Shown piece after piece: positions 36,662 to 47,507 of a stretch of DNA of 64,000 bases (positions are counted from its first letter, which is position 1; each line of letters begins with the position of its first letter). This DNA comes from Paramoeba atlantica. Its lineage: Eukaryota > Protista > Discosea. A program made the translations under genes and the position numbers. The notes under the pieces were generated by a model. The model searched no databases. It was not told where the DNA came from and was given only the letters and a program-made list of their open reading frames with translations. The DNA lies in contig CDRNVI010000148.1 in NCBI GenBank assembly GCA_977017575.1, positions 186,001 to 250,000 of the forward strand. Reading direction: 5' to 3'.

Positions 36662-37674
36662 TTAATTGCCTTTGTTGACACGGTAAGACAAGAACGATGA
36701 CCACCCAAAGACAAAGAGATTAACACAGAGGACTTGATATTGAACAGGAACAAACTTGAAATTGAATGCCATTCCAATTGGCCACACCTAATGCCACAAA
36801 AAAAAAAGAGTAAGATGGGGAAAAAAAAGAACAAAGCCAACAAAAAAGGAATATCACACGGAGAGAGAAAAAGAAACAAAACTGTGTAATTCATTTTCAT
36901 GATGGGAATAAAGTCATTTCGAAATTTGTTTGAAACTTCTTGAATCCCTCCTCCATTAGTCACCACTGAGTAAGTCAAGAAGAGGGAATTAGCGAATGGA
37001 CCAAAGAAGACCTGAAAGTTTTCAAAAGATAGATCAATAAATGAAGGGAGTAAATGAAGAAATCGAGAAGGAAAAATTACTTGATCCATTGCCAATTTTT
37101 TCACCACAGCAGATCCGGTAGTTCCAGGAATCCATTTTGGTAAGACCTTGGCGTACCTAAAAAGAAAATCATCCTCAGAAATTTTGATCGAGAAATATTT
37201 CGTCTTTTGGTTGGTGTTGGGTTGGGGAAAAAGAAAATATTGATTGATCAGAAAAAAATTGATCCAACGAACCAAAGATGGGCTGTTGGAGCAAAAAGAA
37301 AAGCTCCAAAGAAAGTCATTTTGAAAGATCTCTCTTTTTGCCATCCCTCACTGAACAAAAAAAGGGTCAGTTTTTAAATGAAAGACAAAGTTGTTTTCCA
37401 AAAGTTGGATTGTGTACCGTTCCAAAGTCCCATCAATCTTTTGACAAAGAACATCACCAGCGGTATATCTTGGATGAAAATTGTCAGGAGGTCATTTTGA
37501 AAAAAATAAAAAGCAATAAGAGAAATTACAGGAGAGCACCGGTCACAGATTTTGTGAAGAGTGGTCGTCTTTGAAGTTGCCTATTTTTTTTTGCAATCAA
37601 AACAAACCCCAGACAAAACAAAAGAGAAAGAAAAGGAAAGGACTTTGATACCTCCCATACCAAGCGGCGGCCAT
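36662..37674 (-). CDS. Mpv17/PMP22 (PXMP2) family protein, copy 2
   Basis: MAAAWYGR|QLQRRPLFTKSVTGALL|YTAGDVLCQ, VVKKLAMDQ|VFFGPF, KFRNDFIPIMKMNY. Confidence 0.85.
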
Positions 37675-37914
37675 GATCAGAAAAAGAGAAAAAAGAAAAA
37701 AAGCGTTTATCCACGTCAGCATAAAAAAAAAAATGGGTGTGTTTTGCGTTGAAAATATTTTTTCGACAATTTTTGCGCCATTTCTCCTCTTCTTCCTTCA
37801 GTTTTCTGGCGACGTGAATGTATTTTTGTGGGAAGAGAGTCTTAAAATTTAAATTATTAATTTTCAATTCCTATGATAAGGAAATAAAATCCCTTGGCAC
37901 GATTTTTTTTTTTG

Positions 37915-39438
37915 TCAGTCTTTTTGTTTTGCTTGAGTTCCTAAACAAATCTGAATTTGTTTCAAAGTCTGAGGTCCAATCTGCAATTTGGAATAATCAA
38001 AATGAGTTTGACCATCTTGACTTGTTGAAGAAGATTGATGGAGTCCAACATATTGGACCGCCCAACCACAGTAAGAGGGAAAATTAAGCCAGTCAATCAC
38101 TGGAATCGAAAAAGGATCCTCTCCCTTATTCTCCTGAAGACCAACTGTGGTGAGGGAATCCCTCTTCTTCTTCTTCTTCTTCTTTGAGATTAATTTTCTT
38201 CCCCAAGGACAATAACTTCGATGTTCACCACAAGGATCAAATTTTCCCTGATCGTCCAGAGAGATACATTTTCGTCGTCTTTTTCGGTTTGGGGATCCTG
38301 TTGATGATCCAGGAGAAGAAGGAGTTTCAGGAGATGTGATCGTCTTGGGGGTGCTAATCGATGTTTGGCAAAAAAGACAATGAAGATCAAAAGATTCACT
38401 ACTCTGACTCCCAACAGTGGCTTGACTTTCTTCTTCTTCAGTGCTGCTGTCGACAGCAACCCACCCCCACAAAGCAAGAACAACAGAACGAAAAAAAGGA
38501 TCTTTGTTCACATATTCAAGATTTGAAAGAATCCTATTTTCCTCTTCTACAATTCTTGAGGAGGAATCATCTCCTATTCGTCGTTGTTCAAAGAGAAATT
38601 TCCAAAAATAAGGAACGTCCAGGGAACTAATTTGATCACTAAAACTTTTCAAGAAAGTCTCACGAAGAAGAGGAACTTTTTCTTTTCTTAAAAGAAAAGA
38701 ATCGAGGCGAATTTGATAGTTCCTCAAGAGGGCACCACAGATTGCTCTTCGATCCCAATGAGAAGGGTTTTCTCCGAGGAATTTCTTCGAAATTTGATAT
38801 TGTTGGTCCTGTTGAACCACCACACCAGAAGATGATCCTTCATCGTGTTGTCGATCAACAAAAGAAGGGTAGTGAAGAGGTGCAACAATTGAGCCAAACA
38901 CTCCTGGGCATTGTCGATTTTTCCAGAGACAACAGGATCCGTGATTGGTGCATAAAAATTCTTTGACAGTCGCATTGATCAGACTCTCGTTTTTGGGATA
39001 ATAACGCATCACAGAACCAAGAACTTCTCGCTCTTCTTCTTCTTCTTGACTCCTTGAAGGTGTTGTTGCCACGTTCGTGTTATCTTCAGTTACATCTGTT
39101 TTACTGGTTTTTTCGTCGAGAAGCTGAGATAGTTTCTTTTCCAATTCACGGAAGTGGTGGCGATTCAATTGAACTTGACAAACAGAACATTGAGTTTGAT
39201 TGATTCCACTACATTCCCATCCGTGCAACGAACATTGGACAGGGCTCAAATAGTTTGGTTTCGCAAACCAAAAAGCAGGAGAATAAGATTTAACTCGAAC
39301 AGAATAACTCTCGTAATCCCAGTCATGAAACGAATTTTCTGAGGGAGTAGAGGTGGTTTCGGGAAGTGACGAAGAGAGAACAGGGAGATCTTGAAAAAAT
39401 CCAAGAACCCTCGAGATACGCCCTTCAGAGACAGCCAT
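37915..39438 (-). CDS. ZC3HC1: NIPA/ZC3HC1/Rsm1-like C3HC zinc-finger protein (intronless)
   Basis: RVKSYSPAFWFAKPNYLSPVQCSLHGWEC...CSVCQ, HGSCCLW...CP, and a second module CLFCQ...FDPCGEHRSYCPW. Confidence 0.8.
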   Translation of the reverse strand: MAVSEGRISRVLGFFQDLPVLSSSLPETTSTPSENSFHDWDYESYSVRVKSYSPAFWFAKPNYLSPVQCSLHGWECSGINQTQCSVCQVQLNRHHFRELEKKLSQLLDEKTSKTDVTEDNTNVATTPSRSQEEEEEREVLGSVMRYYPKNESLINATVKEFLCTNHGSCCLWKNRQCPGVFGSIVAPLHYPSFVDRQHDEGSSSGVVVQQDQQYQISKKFLGENPSHWDRRAICGALLRNYQIRLDSFLLRKEKVPLLRETFLKSFSDQISSLDVPYFWKFLFEQRRIGDDSSSRIVEEENRILSNLEYVNKDPFFRSVVLALWGWVAVDSSTEEEESQATVGSQSSESFDLHCLFCQTSISTPKTITSPETPSSPGSSTGSPNRKRRRKCISLDDQGKFDPCGEHRSYCPWGRKLISKKKKKKKRDSLTTVGLQENKGEDPFSIPVIDWLNFPSYCGWAVQYVGLHQSSSTSQDGQTHFDYSKLQIGPQTLKQIQICLGTQAKQKD

Positions 39439-39675
39439 TCATCACCCAAACAAACAAACAGACCAAACAAACAGACCAAACAAACAGACCAAACAAACAG
39501 ACCAAACAAACAGCACAAACCAAAAACGGAACTTTTTTTAAAAAAACTTGTTCTCTTAAATTAGGAAAAAAATGGTTTGATACCCCTTATGATGACGTGG
39601 CGGAATTCTCGGAATACGCGAATCCTTCTCTTCTTTTTCCGAGCTTTTCTTTTTTGTGACATTCTCTTTTGTAAA

Positions 39676-42205
39676 ATGAGATCGGCTGTGTTTGCCCTTG
39701 TTGTCGTGTTGTTCGGGCTCGTGGCGAGCGAGAGCCGCTACACCTGGTCATGGGAGCCTCGTAAGGCTAGCCCTTGGGTTCTTCAAGCCAATGGGCCAAG
39801 TCCAAAGAAGGTTTTTGAGGTCAAAGTCGAATTGAAACTCCAAAACACTGACCAATTGGAACCATTGTTGATGGCTGTTTCTGAACCAACCTCCCCAAAA
39901 TATTCTCAACATTTGACTTCTGATGAATTGAAAGAAAAGTTCGCTCCACTTCCTGCATCTATTCAGGTCTTTTTTTTATCATCTTTTTGAGAAACATGTT
40001 TCGTTACATGACACCTTAAACAATCTTTGTATCAGAGTTTTGCTCACCCTCAAATCTCTAGATTGTCGGCAAATTTTTGAAAATCCGTGGTGCTCGTCAA
40101 GTTCGCCTTCGACCAAACGGAAGAGTGATGGTCGCTTTGATGACTGCTGAGCAAATCCAATCTACCTTTCAGGTTTCACTCCCTTTTTTTTTTCTTCCTC
40201 CCTTTTTTTTTGTTTTGTTTTCAAAACCAATTTTTACTGACTTGATATCAAACCTAGACACGGTTGGCTTACTATAAATACCAAGGAAGAGATCTTCAGA
40301 TTACTCGTGCTTTGGAAAGTTACTCTCTCCCTTCTGATGTTGCTGAACATGTTGATTTAGTCTCCGGTATGTTGGGTTTCCCTGGAGTTCGTTTCAAATC
40401 AGCTCGATCAAACTTGAATGTTGAAGGTTTTTTTTCATTTCGTTTTAAATCACTTTCTTGAAACCTTTTTTTGACTTTTTTATTTTTATTTTAGCAACTG
40501 CTCATGTCGATCCGGAGTACTTGTACAAAGCTTATGATGTCAATGAATCGCTTGCTCCTGTCGCTGGTTCATCCCAATCGGTTGTTGAGTTTGGAAGTGC
40601 TTATTATTTGGCGTCAGATCTCCAAAAATTTTTCAAGGTTTAAATCCTCAATAATAATTCATTTGGTCCAACACAATATTTTTGGATGAAATTGAAAATT
40701 TTTGAACAGACTTATGACCCCGTGATGGAGGGACAGGATATTCTTGACACTTATGGAACTCTTCAAAACCCAAAGACTTCAATTGAGGCCAACCTTGATG
40801 TAAGTGGAAGTTTTTTGTTGCACATTTTTATCGTTCCAACACTCCCCCACCCCACACCCCCAAAACTCTCTCCCACTGCTTTTTTGAATTTGCTTTTCTT
40901 CAATTTTTTTAAATCAGAATCTCTTGAAATAGGTTCAATACATCATGGGAATGGGAAACTTTATTGACACTTACATTTATTCCCAACCTGGTATTTATAT
41001 TTTGTTTTGTTACTGAAAAATATTCTTGGACTAAACAAAAAAGAACAGTTAATTCTGGAATTGAAGATGCGTTTTTGGAATATACAAATTATGTGTTAGA
41101 TCAACAGACCCCTGCTCTTGTTCAATCTATCAGGTTTTTTTTTATATCTTTTTTGTCACTCTCTCTCGTACGAATTTCTTCTTTGCATTTTAATCAACTG
41201 TCTGTTTTTATAGCTTCGGAGAATATGGTGGTGATTATGATAACCGTACCGTGCAAAAACTCAATGATAATTTTATGCAAATGGGAATTGAGGGCATCTC
41301 CATTCTTTTGGCCTCTGGTGATAATGGTTCGTTCTTTGTTTCTCTTCCTTTTATCTTTTGTGTAATGAACAACAATGGAGTTTTCCACTCTTTTGCTGAT
41401 ATTTTTTGTCTCTTTCAGGTGTTGGTTGTAACCATGATTGTAGCTCTTTCGAATTTGATTTTCCATCTTCACCCTACATTACAATGGTTGGGGCGACAGA
41501 GTTCGACTCGAAGACTGGAGTTGAAACTGGTGCCACTCTGTCTTCTGGTGGTTTTTCTGCCGATTATATCCGTCCCTCTTATCAAGAGAGTTAGTGTGTT
41601 TCCTTCCTTCCTTCTCTCTCTCTCTCTCTTTTTTTTCTTTTTTGCTTCTTTCTCGTTCTTTTTTTCTCTACACAGAATATTCAAAAAAGAAAAAAAACAA
41701 TAGGTGCTGTGAATGGCTACTTCAATTCTGGAGTGGAATTGCCCTCCTCTTCTTTATATTATGGTGCAGGTCGGGCATACCCCGATATGGCTGCTGCTGG
41801 AGTCGATGTCGAGATTGTGAACAATGGCAAAGATACTCTTGTTTCTGGAACTTCTTGTTCTGCCCCCATCTTCTCTGGGTTGGTCGGTTTGATGAACAAC
41901 GAAAGAATGCTCAGGGGGAAGTCCTCTCTTGGCTTTTTGAACCCCTTTTTGTACGCCAACCCTGATGCCTTTACTGATATTACTGTTGGAAATAATCAAG
42001 ATTGTCCTTTGCTTTCCGGATGTTGTTGTGATGGATTTGACGCAACAACTGGTTGGGATCCAGGTTAATGTGAACTCCAACTCTATTCTATTTTTTGTTT
42101 GTGTTTTTCAATTTTATACTCACAATCCCCTTTTTTTTTTCAGTGACTGGTCTTGGGTCTCCTGTTTACTCGAAACTTCGAGTTGCTGCTTTGCAGCTTC
42201 CTTGA
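39676..42205 (+). CDS. TPP1: Tripeptidyl-peptidase I / sedolisin (S53) with prodomain
   Basis: Signal peptide, prodomain (VSEPTSPKYSQHLT), EANLD, SFGE, ASGDNG, FPSSPYITMVGAT, GRAYPD, GTSCSAP, GFLNPFLY, GWDP|VTGLGSP. Confidence 0.93.
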
Positions 42206-42389
42206 AAAGGGTTTTTTATGACCCATCTTGGTGATTTGGTTGCGTGATTTTACAATGTTCAATAAACCATCACCTTCCCACACCCCCAAGAATATTTTCT
42301 TCCTCCAAAATATTGTTTGATTGGAAAATCAAAAGAGAGAGAAGGAAAGAACAAAATTGTGATTAATGAAAGTACAACTTTTTTTTATT

Positions 42390-43079
42390 TTAAAATGTTT
42401 CGATTGCATCGTCGATTGTCTTCTTGCAAAAAGGACAGGAACTCTTTTCAGGCAACTTTATCGCACAAGCAATGCAGAGTTGTCGATGCCCACAAGGAAT
42501 AAAAACGATCTTCTTGTGATTCTCGTAACAAATAGTACACGCGTTTTCGTCATCCTTTCCATCATCCGATGAGATTGGAGTATCATGACTCAAATCAAAT
42601 TTAGTCGACCAAGAAGAATGTTGTTCCTTTTTCTCTTTGGGCTTTGTGGTGGTAGAAGTTCTGCCGTTGACTGAAACGGAGAACGTGCAGCTATCAAACG
42701 TGCAGTTACTAAATAAACCAAAGCTTGAAGAAAAAGAAGGTGGGACAGACGAGCTGGGAGTGCTGGGAGTGCTGGATCCATTCTTTCCATTAATAATTCC
42801 ATGATTTCCAGTAATTTGACCATTTTTTCCAGTAATTTTTCCGTTGTTGCCTCGAATCGTCCCATGATCCCCTTTGATAGATGTGTTGTTTCCGTTCACT
42901 CGTGCGTGATGGCCGAGCACCTTCGCATTATTTCCAGTCACAGTACAATGATGGCCAAAGACCTTAGCATTATTGCCGGTGACAACACAGTGATCTCCAT
43001 GGATGTTGGAATTGTTTCCGGTAACGACCAAATGATTTCCACGGAGGGTCAGATTGTTTCCAGTGTAAACTTTGCTCAT
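42390..43079 (-). CDS. G-x-[NH]-x-x-[VI]-x heptad beta-roll protein with a C-terminal RING-HC (intronless)
   Basis: About 14 heptads GNNLTLR GNHLVVT GNNSNIH GDHCVVT...; RING CTICYENHKKIVFIPCGHRQLCIACAIKLPEKSSCPFC. Confidence 0.8.
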   Translation of the reverse strand: MSKVYTGNNLTLRGNHLVVTGNNSNIHGDHCVVTGNNAKVFGHHCTVTGNNAKVLGHHARVNGNNTSIKGDHGTIRGNNGKITGKNGQITGNHGIINGKNGSSTPSTPSSSVPPSFSSSFGLFSNCTFDSCTFSVSVNGRTSTTTKPKEKKEQHSSWSTKFDLSHDTPISSDDGKDDENACTICYENHKKIVFIPCGHRQLCIACAIKLPEKSSCPFCKKTIDDAIETF

Positions 43080-43475
43080 GTGGAACGAAACCTTAGAGAT
43101 GAAAAATTGCGGCCAACAAAACAAAAGAGAAAATTCAGCGAAAATTAAAATGGCGACATTCACAGAGTACGATTATTGAGGAGGGAGGATCAAAATTTGA
43201 TGAAACAAAATTCTTTTTCACACAAAAAATCAAAACTCGTAATTTTCATGCGTTTCAGGTTTTTTGAAATTTTGAGCCGTTATTTTTAGTGGAAAAAAGA
43301 AAAGAAAAAGAAGCGTTCCTCAACGTTCACCTGAAGCCAAAAATGGTTTCTTCGAATCCCAGCTCGGGTTTCTCTTTCGGAAATATCAATAAAAATTGAC
43401 CAAGGAAAAAAATTATGAGAGAAGGGCACACATGTTTTAGTGTTTTAATAATAATATATACAGTGTTTTATTTGC

Positions 43476-44237
43476 TTAGTCCTTATCTTCCTCATCCTCA
43501 TCATCTCCTCCAGGGGAGTTGTCTTGCAATTCAGAGGTCCAAAGAGTCAAGTTGTCTCTCAAGAGTTGCATGATCAAGGTGCTATCCTTGTATTCATCCT
43601 CATCAAGAGTATCAATTTGAGCAATAGCGTCCTCGAAGGCTTGCTTGGCGAGCTTGATGGCCTTGTCGGGGTTGTGGAGGATCTCGTATTGGAAGACAGA
43701 GTAGTTCAAACCAAGACCGAGACGGATGGGGTTGGTGGACTCGAGTTCCTTAGCGAGTTCGGAAGCTTCGTTGTAGGCAGCAGCAGAGTTCTCAGAGGCC
43801 TTGGAGAGAGCATCATCGGTGGAAAACTCAGCCAAATATCGGTAATAATCTCCCTTCATCTTGTGGAAGAAGACCTTGGATTCAGCGGAAGAAGCGGACT
43901 TGATCAAGTTCTCATCGAGGAGAGAGAGGATATCACCACAAAGGTTGTTCAATTCCTTCTCGACAGTCTTTCTGTATTCTTGGATCTTTTGGACGTTTTG
44001 GGTGTTTCCCTTGGATTCCTCCTTCTGTTCGATGGAGGAGATGATTCTCCAGGAAGCACGGCGAGCACCAATAACGTTCTTGTAGGAGACGGAGAGGAGA
44101 TTTCTCTCTTCAACGGTCAATTCAACATTCAATTGAGCAATCTTCTTCATGGCTTCAACCATCTCATCGTACCTCTCGGCAGATTCGGCGAGCTTGGCCA
44201 TAAAGACCGATTCTTCACGTACTTTGTCGTTGGCCAT
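43476..44237 (-). CDS. 14-3-3 protein (intronless)
   Basis: [86 protein letters not shown]. Confidence 0.98.
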   Translation of the reverse strand: MANDKVREESVFMAKLAESAERYDEMVEAMKKIAQLNVELTVEERNLLSVSYKNVIGARRASWRIISSIEQKEESKGNTQNVQKIQEYRKTVEKELNNLCGDILSLLDENLIKSASSAESKVFFHKMKGDYYRYLAEFSTDDALSKASENSAAAYNEASELAKELESTNPIRLGLGLNYSVFQYEILHNPDKAIKLAKQAFEDAIAQIDTLDEDEYKDSTLIMQLLRDNLTLWTSELQDNSPGGDDEDEEDKD

Positions 44238-44623
44238 AATTTCTTCAAAAATGTGATGTGAGATTGGGAGTTTCTCGAAAACAGAAAAAAGAAAAACAAA
44301 AGAGCGAAATTGGGTGACGTCCTTTTCTTGTGACGAGGAACGTTTTTTGACATTTCGAAATGTTTTGGCCTTTTGGGCCAATTTTATGAACCTTTGTATG
44401 ATTTTCGCCCATTTTTTTTCAACCCCCGAAAATAATTTTTCACAGAAAAATGCTGGCCAAGGTACCTAAATTTAGGGCTCCTAAAACTGTGAACATGTCT
44501 AAAAAAGGGAATTTTTCTCTTATTACAAGATTCAAGCAAGATTTTACTCTTTTTCCGATTTTGTCGGATTTTTTTGTTTGTCTTTTTTTTTTTTGAAGTG
44601 AAGCTTGAGATGAGGTGAGAAAA

Positions 44624-47133
44624 ATGGGGAATCAAATTAGTAAACGAACAGCAGTGGGCGAACATACTTTTCGTCTCCATTACCCCTTGGGTCCCACTAG
44701 TAATGGAACTCTTTGGAAGGTTTTTTTTTTCATTGAATCAATTCTTTTGAATCAATTCGAGATAATAGTTTTTTTTTTTCTTCTTTTTTTTGTCTTTCAG
44801 GGCGGGTATCGAGATGGGAAAGACGAATTTGCGATCAAAGTCGTTCCAGCCAAAACAGTTGCTGTTGAAAAGATCTTTGACAATCTTCTTATTGAAAGAG
44901 AAATCATGATTTCCGTTGGCTCAAAGTTCATTTTTCTTTTTCTTGTTTTCTTTTTCATTCCTCTCCCCTTTGCAAAAAAAAAAAAGACTAATTCCACCAA
45001 ACTCGACAGGAACCCTTTTATCGCTCCTCTTTATTACTCTTTTTCATCACCAACCGCTTTCTACTTCGTGATGCCAAAACAAACAACAGGTTTATTTCTT
45101 TTGACATTTTTTGAATCAACAAAACATCTTGTGTGTGTGTGATTCTCAAGGTCATTTCCTTCATTTAGGAAACTTGTTTTTCGTTCTTCGTTGTCTCGCA
45201 CAGGTCTGTTCTGATGATCTCTTTTCTTCTCATAATGGGATCACTCACTCATTCAATCAATCTCCAAATAATTGATTTTCACCAAAATAGCCCTTCACAG
45301 AAACTCAAGCACGTTTTTATGCTTGTGAAGTAATTGTTGCTTTGGAAGCTCTTCATCAAAATCATTACGTTTATCGAGGTTCTCATATTTTATATTCATA
45401 TTACTTGGTCATTTTGAGAAAATTTATATTCTTTTTTTATTATTAGATTCTTATATCTTCATTTTATTCTCTTATCATTTTTAAGGTCTTTTAATTCTGA
45501 ATATTTGATTTCATCAGATTTAAAATTGGAAAATGTCTCCCTCACTCCGGAGGGTCATGTCATGCTCCATGATTTTGGCTTTTCAAGGTTTTCTTTTGCA
45601 CCCTCTTTTCGTAAATCTTTTTCTGTTCTCTGATTTTTTTTCCTGACAGAAAAGCTTCTCCTCCTCTCTGTCGGTTTCTCTCTTTCTCCTTTTTGTGTTG
45701 TGTGGATGATTTTCCCTCTGAAAGGGCCTTACAACTTAATATCTCTTTTTTGAAAGGGTTCACTCATTTTCTGGATCAAATATCTATATTTCACCAGAAA
45801 TTTTGACGGATCGAGGAGATGGGCATTCCTTTTCCGTTGATTGGTGGAGCCTTGGTGTCTTCTTATTTCTTCTGTTGACCCAAAAGGTACCTTTTTTTTT
45901 TCAGAATCTTTTTGATCCTTCTTTTAAAATTTTTTTCGTTTCTCTTGAAAGGCTCCGTTTTTTTCGGAAAAAAATGAAGAAATCTTTGAATTGATCCAGC
46001 AAGCAAAGTTGCCAGATCTTGAACCATTTGGATTTACCCCTCACACAAACTCTCTTTTGGAGGAGGTTTTTCTTGACCTTCAAAAGTATTTTCTTAAAAA
46101 AGGCTAACACAAAAATTAATTTTTCACAGTTATTGACAAGGAATCCTCGAAAAAGGCTTGGTTCTGTTCCTTCTCGAGCCAAAAGAAAAAAAGGTTTTTT
46201 GTTTTTGATTTTCTTTTAACAATCTTATTTTCAACCCCTCTTCTGTAAATTGGCGAAATAGTTAAGTGGTAAAATTCTCGCTTTGGGTGCGAGAGGCCCG
46301 GGTTCGATTCCCGGTTTCGCCCATTTTTTTCTTTTTTCTTTTTTTTTTTTTTTTTTTCTTTTTCGAATTATTTTTTTGCAGAGGAAGTAGAACCACAGGA
46401 TGCAGGTCCAAACGGGGCTGAATTTGTCAAACAACATCCTTTTTTTGAGGTTTACTGTTTTGTTAAATTTTTTAAAATCATCCTATTTTCCCGTGCTGAT
46501 GTTCGACTAAAGAGAGTGCATTGGAGCGATGTCCCGCAGAAAAAATTAGTCCCGCCTATCATCCCATCGACTCTTCGACGAAAGGTTTTATTTTTGCTTC
46601 GATTGTCGTTTGTATTTTCTGTTTTAATATTTTGAAATGATAGGAGTTTGATACTTCCCCTCCTGAACCTCTTGGAGACCTCTCTGAAGAGCAAGTTTGT
46701 TTTTCTTTTTTTTTTCTCGAGTTGTTTGTTTCTGAGTGGACTTATTTTTTTATTCCAGAAAGAATATATTGAAGAACGAAGAATGCCCTTCCACTACAAC
46801 ATCTTTGAGGAAAAGAAAAATTCTTCAAGGAGAAGTTCAATTCCTAATTCTGGAAGAAAACATTCCATTGTCGGTCAGGAAACGCAAGAAGACAATAAAG
46901 AAGGCAACAAAGAAGACAACAAAGAAGACAACAAAGAAGAAGAAAAGGAGGAAGATGTGCTGCAGATTCTTTGTAAGAACTGTAAACAAAAGATTAGTGT
47001 GTTCGATGTGGATTCTCATTCAAGTGTCTGTGCAACAGCAAGTAACACAACAATAAGTAACACAACAACAACAACAACAACAACAACAACTGATGAACAT
47101 TCCTCCCCAATCGATTCCTCTCCCCCGACTTGA
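44624..47133 (+). CDS. Divergent AGC-family Ser/Thr kinase with a C-terminal C2HC-type finger
   Basis: MGNQIS, FAIKV, YVYR|DLKLEN, DFGF, YISPE, SVDWWSLGV, PRKRLG, VKQHPFF, HWSDV..K.LVPP; then CKNC...H...C. Confidence 0.8.
46252..46322 (+). tRNA. trnP-TGG: tRNA-Pro(TGG), inside kinase intron 46194..46381, sense to the host gene
   Basis: Full cloverleaf identical to the 10290 tRNA except for the anticodon TGG, then a T-run. Confidence 0.95.
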
Positions 47134-47507
47134 CGAAGGAGAAAGAAGAAAATGAAGAAGTCTCCAAGGTGATAAAAGGAGACCTTTTCAGTCTGATAAT
47201 CAATTGTTGACTTTCCTTCTCTTGAAGAGAAGATTAGATGAAATTACCTGGTGAAACCATTTTGGAACTTGGTGATTGATGCTTTGTCCACAATTTGATA
47301 TCTTTTGTCGTATGTGACTTTTTGGAAAAGGTTGGCGTTCATGATACAAACAAAAAACAACATATAACCAAAAAAAACATTGAAAAACATTTCCCCCCTC
47401 TAGATTCAAATATGTAAGAATATCATCATCATGTTCTCAGTCTCTTTCTTGTTTCTTTTTTATTTTAATTCCAATTTTATTGATGATTATTGAGTTTTTA
47501 CTTAATA

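Noticed and set aside
43524-44261. Long antisense ORFs (also 27062..28015, 10851..11492, 47480..48094, 50692..51165)
   Set aside because: Shadows of strongly biased or low-complexity coding sequence on the opposite strand; no independent motifs.
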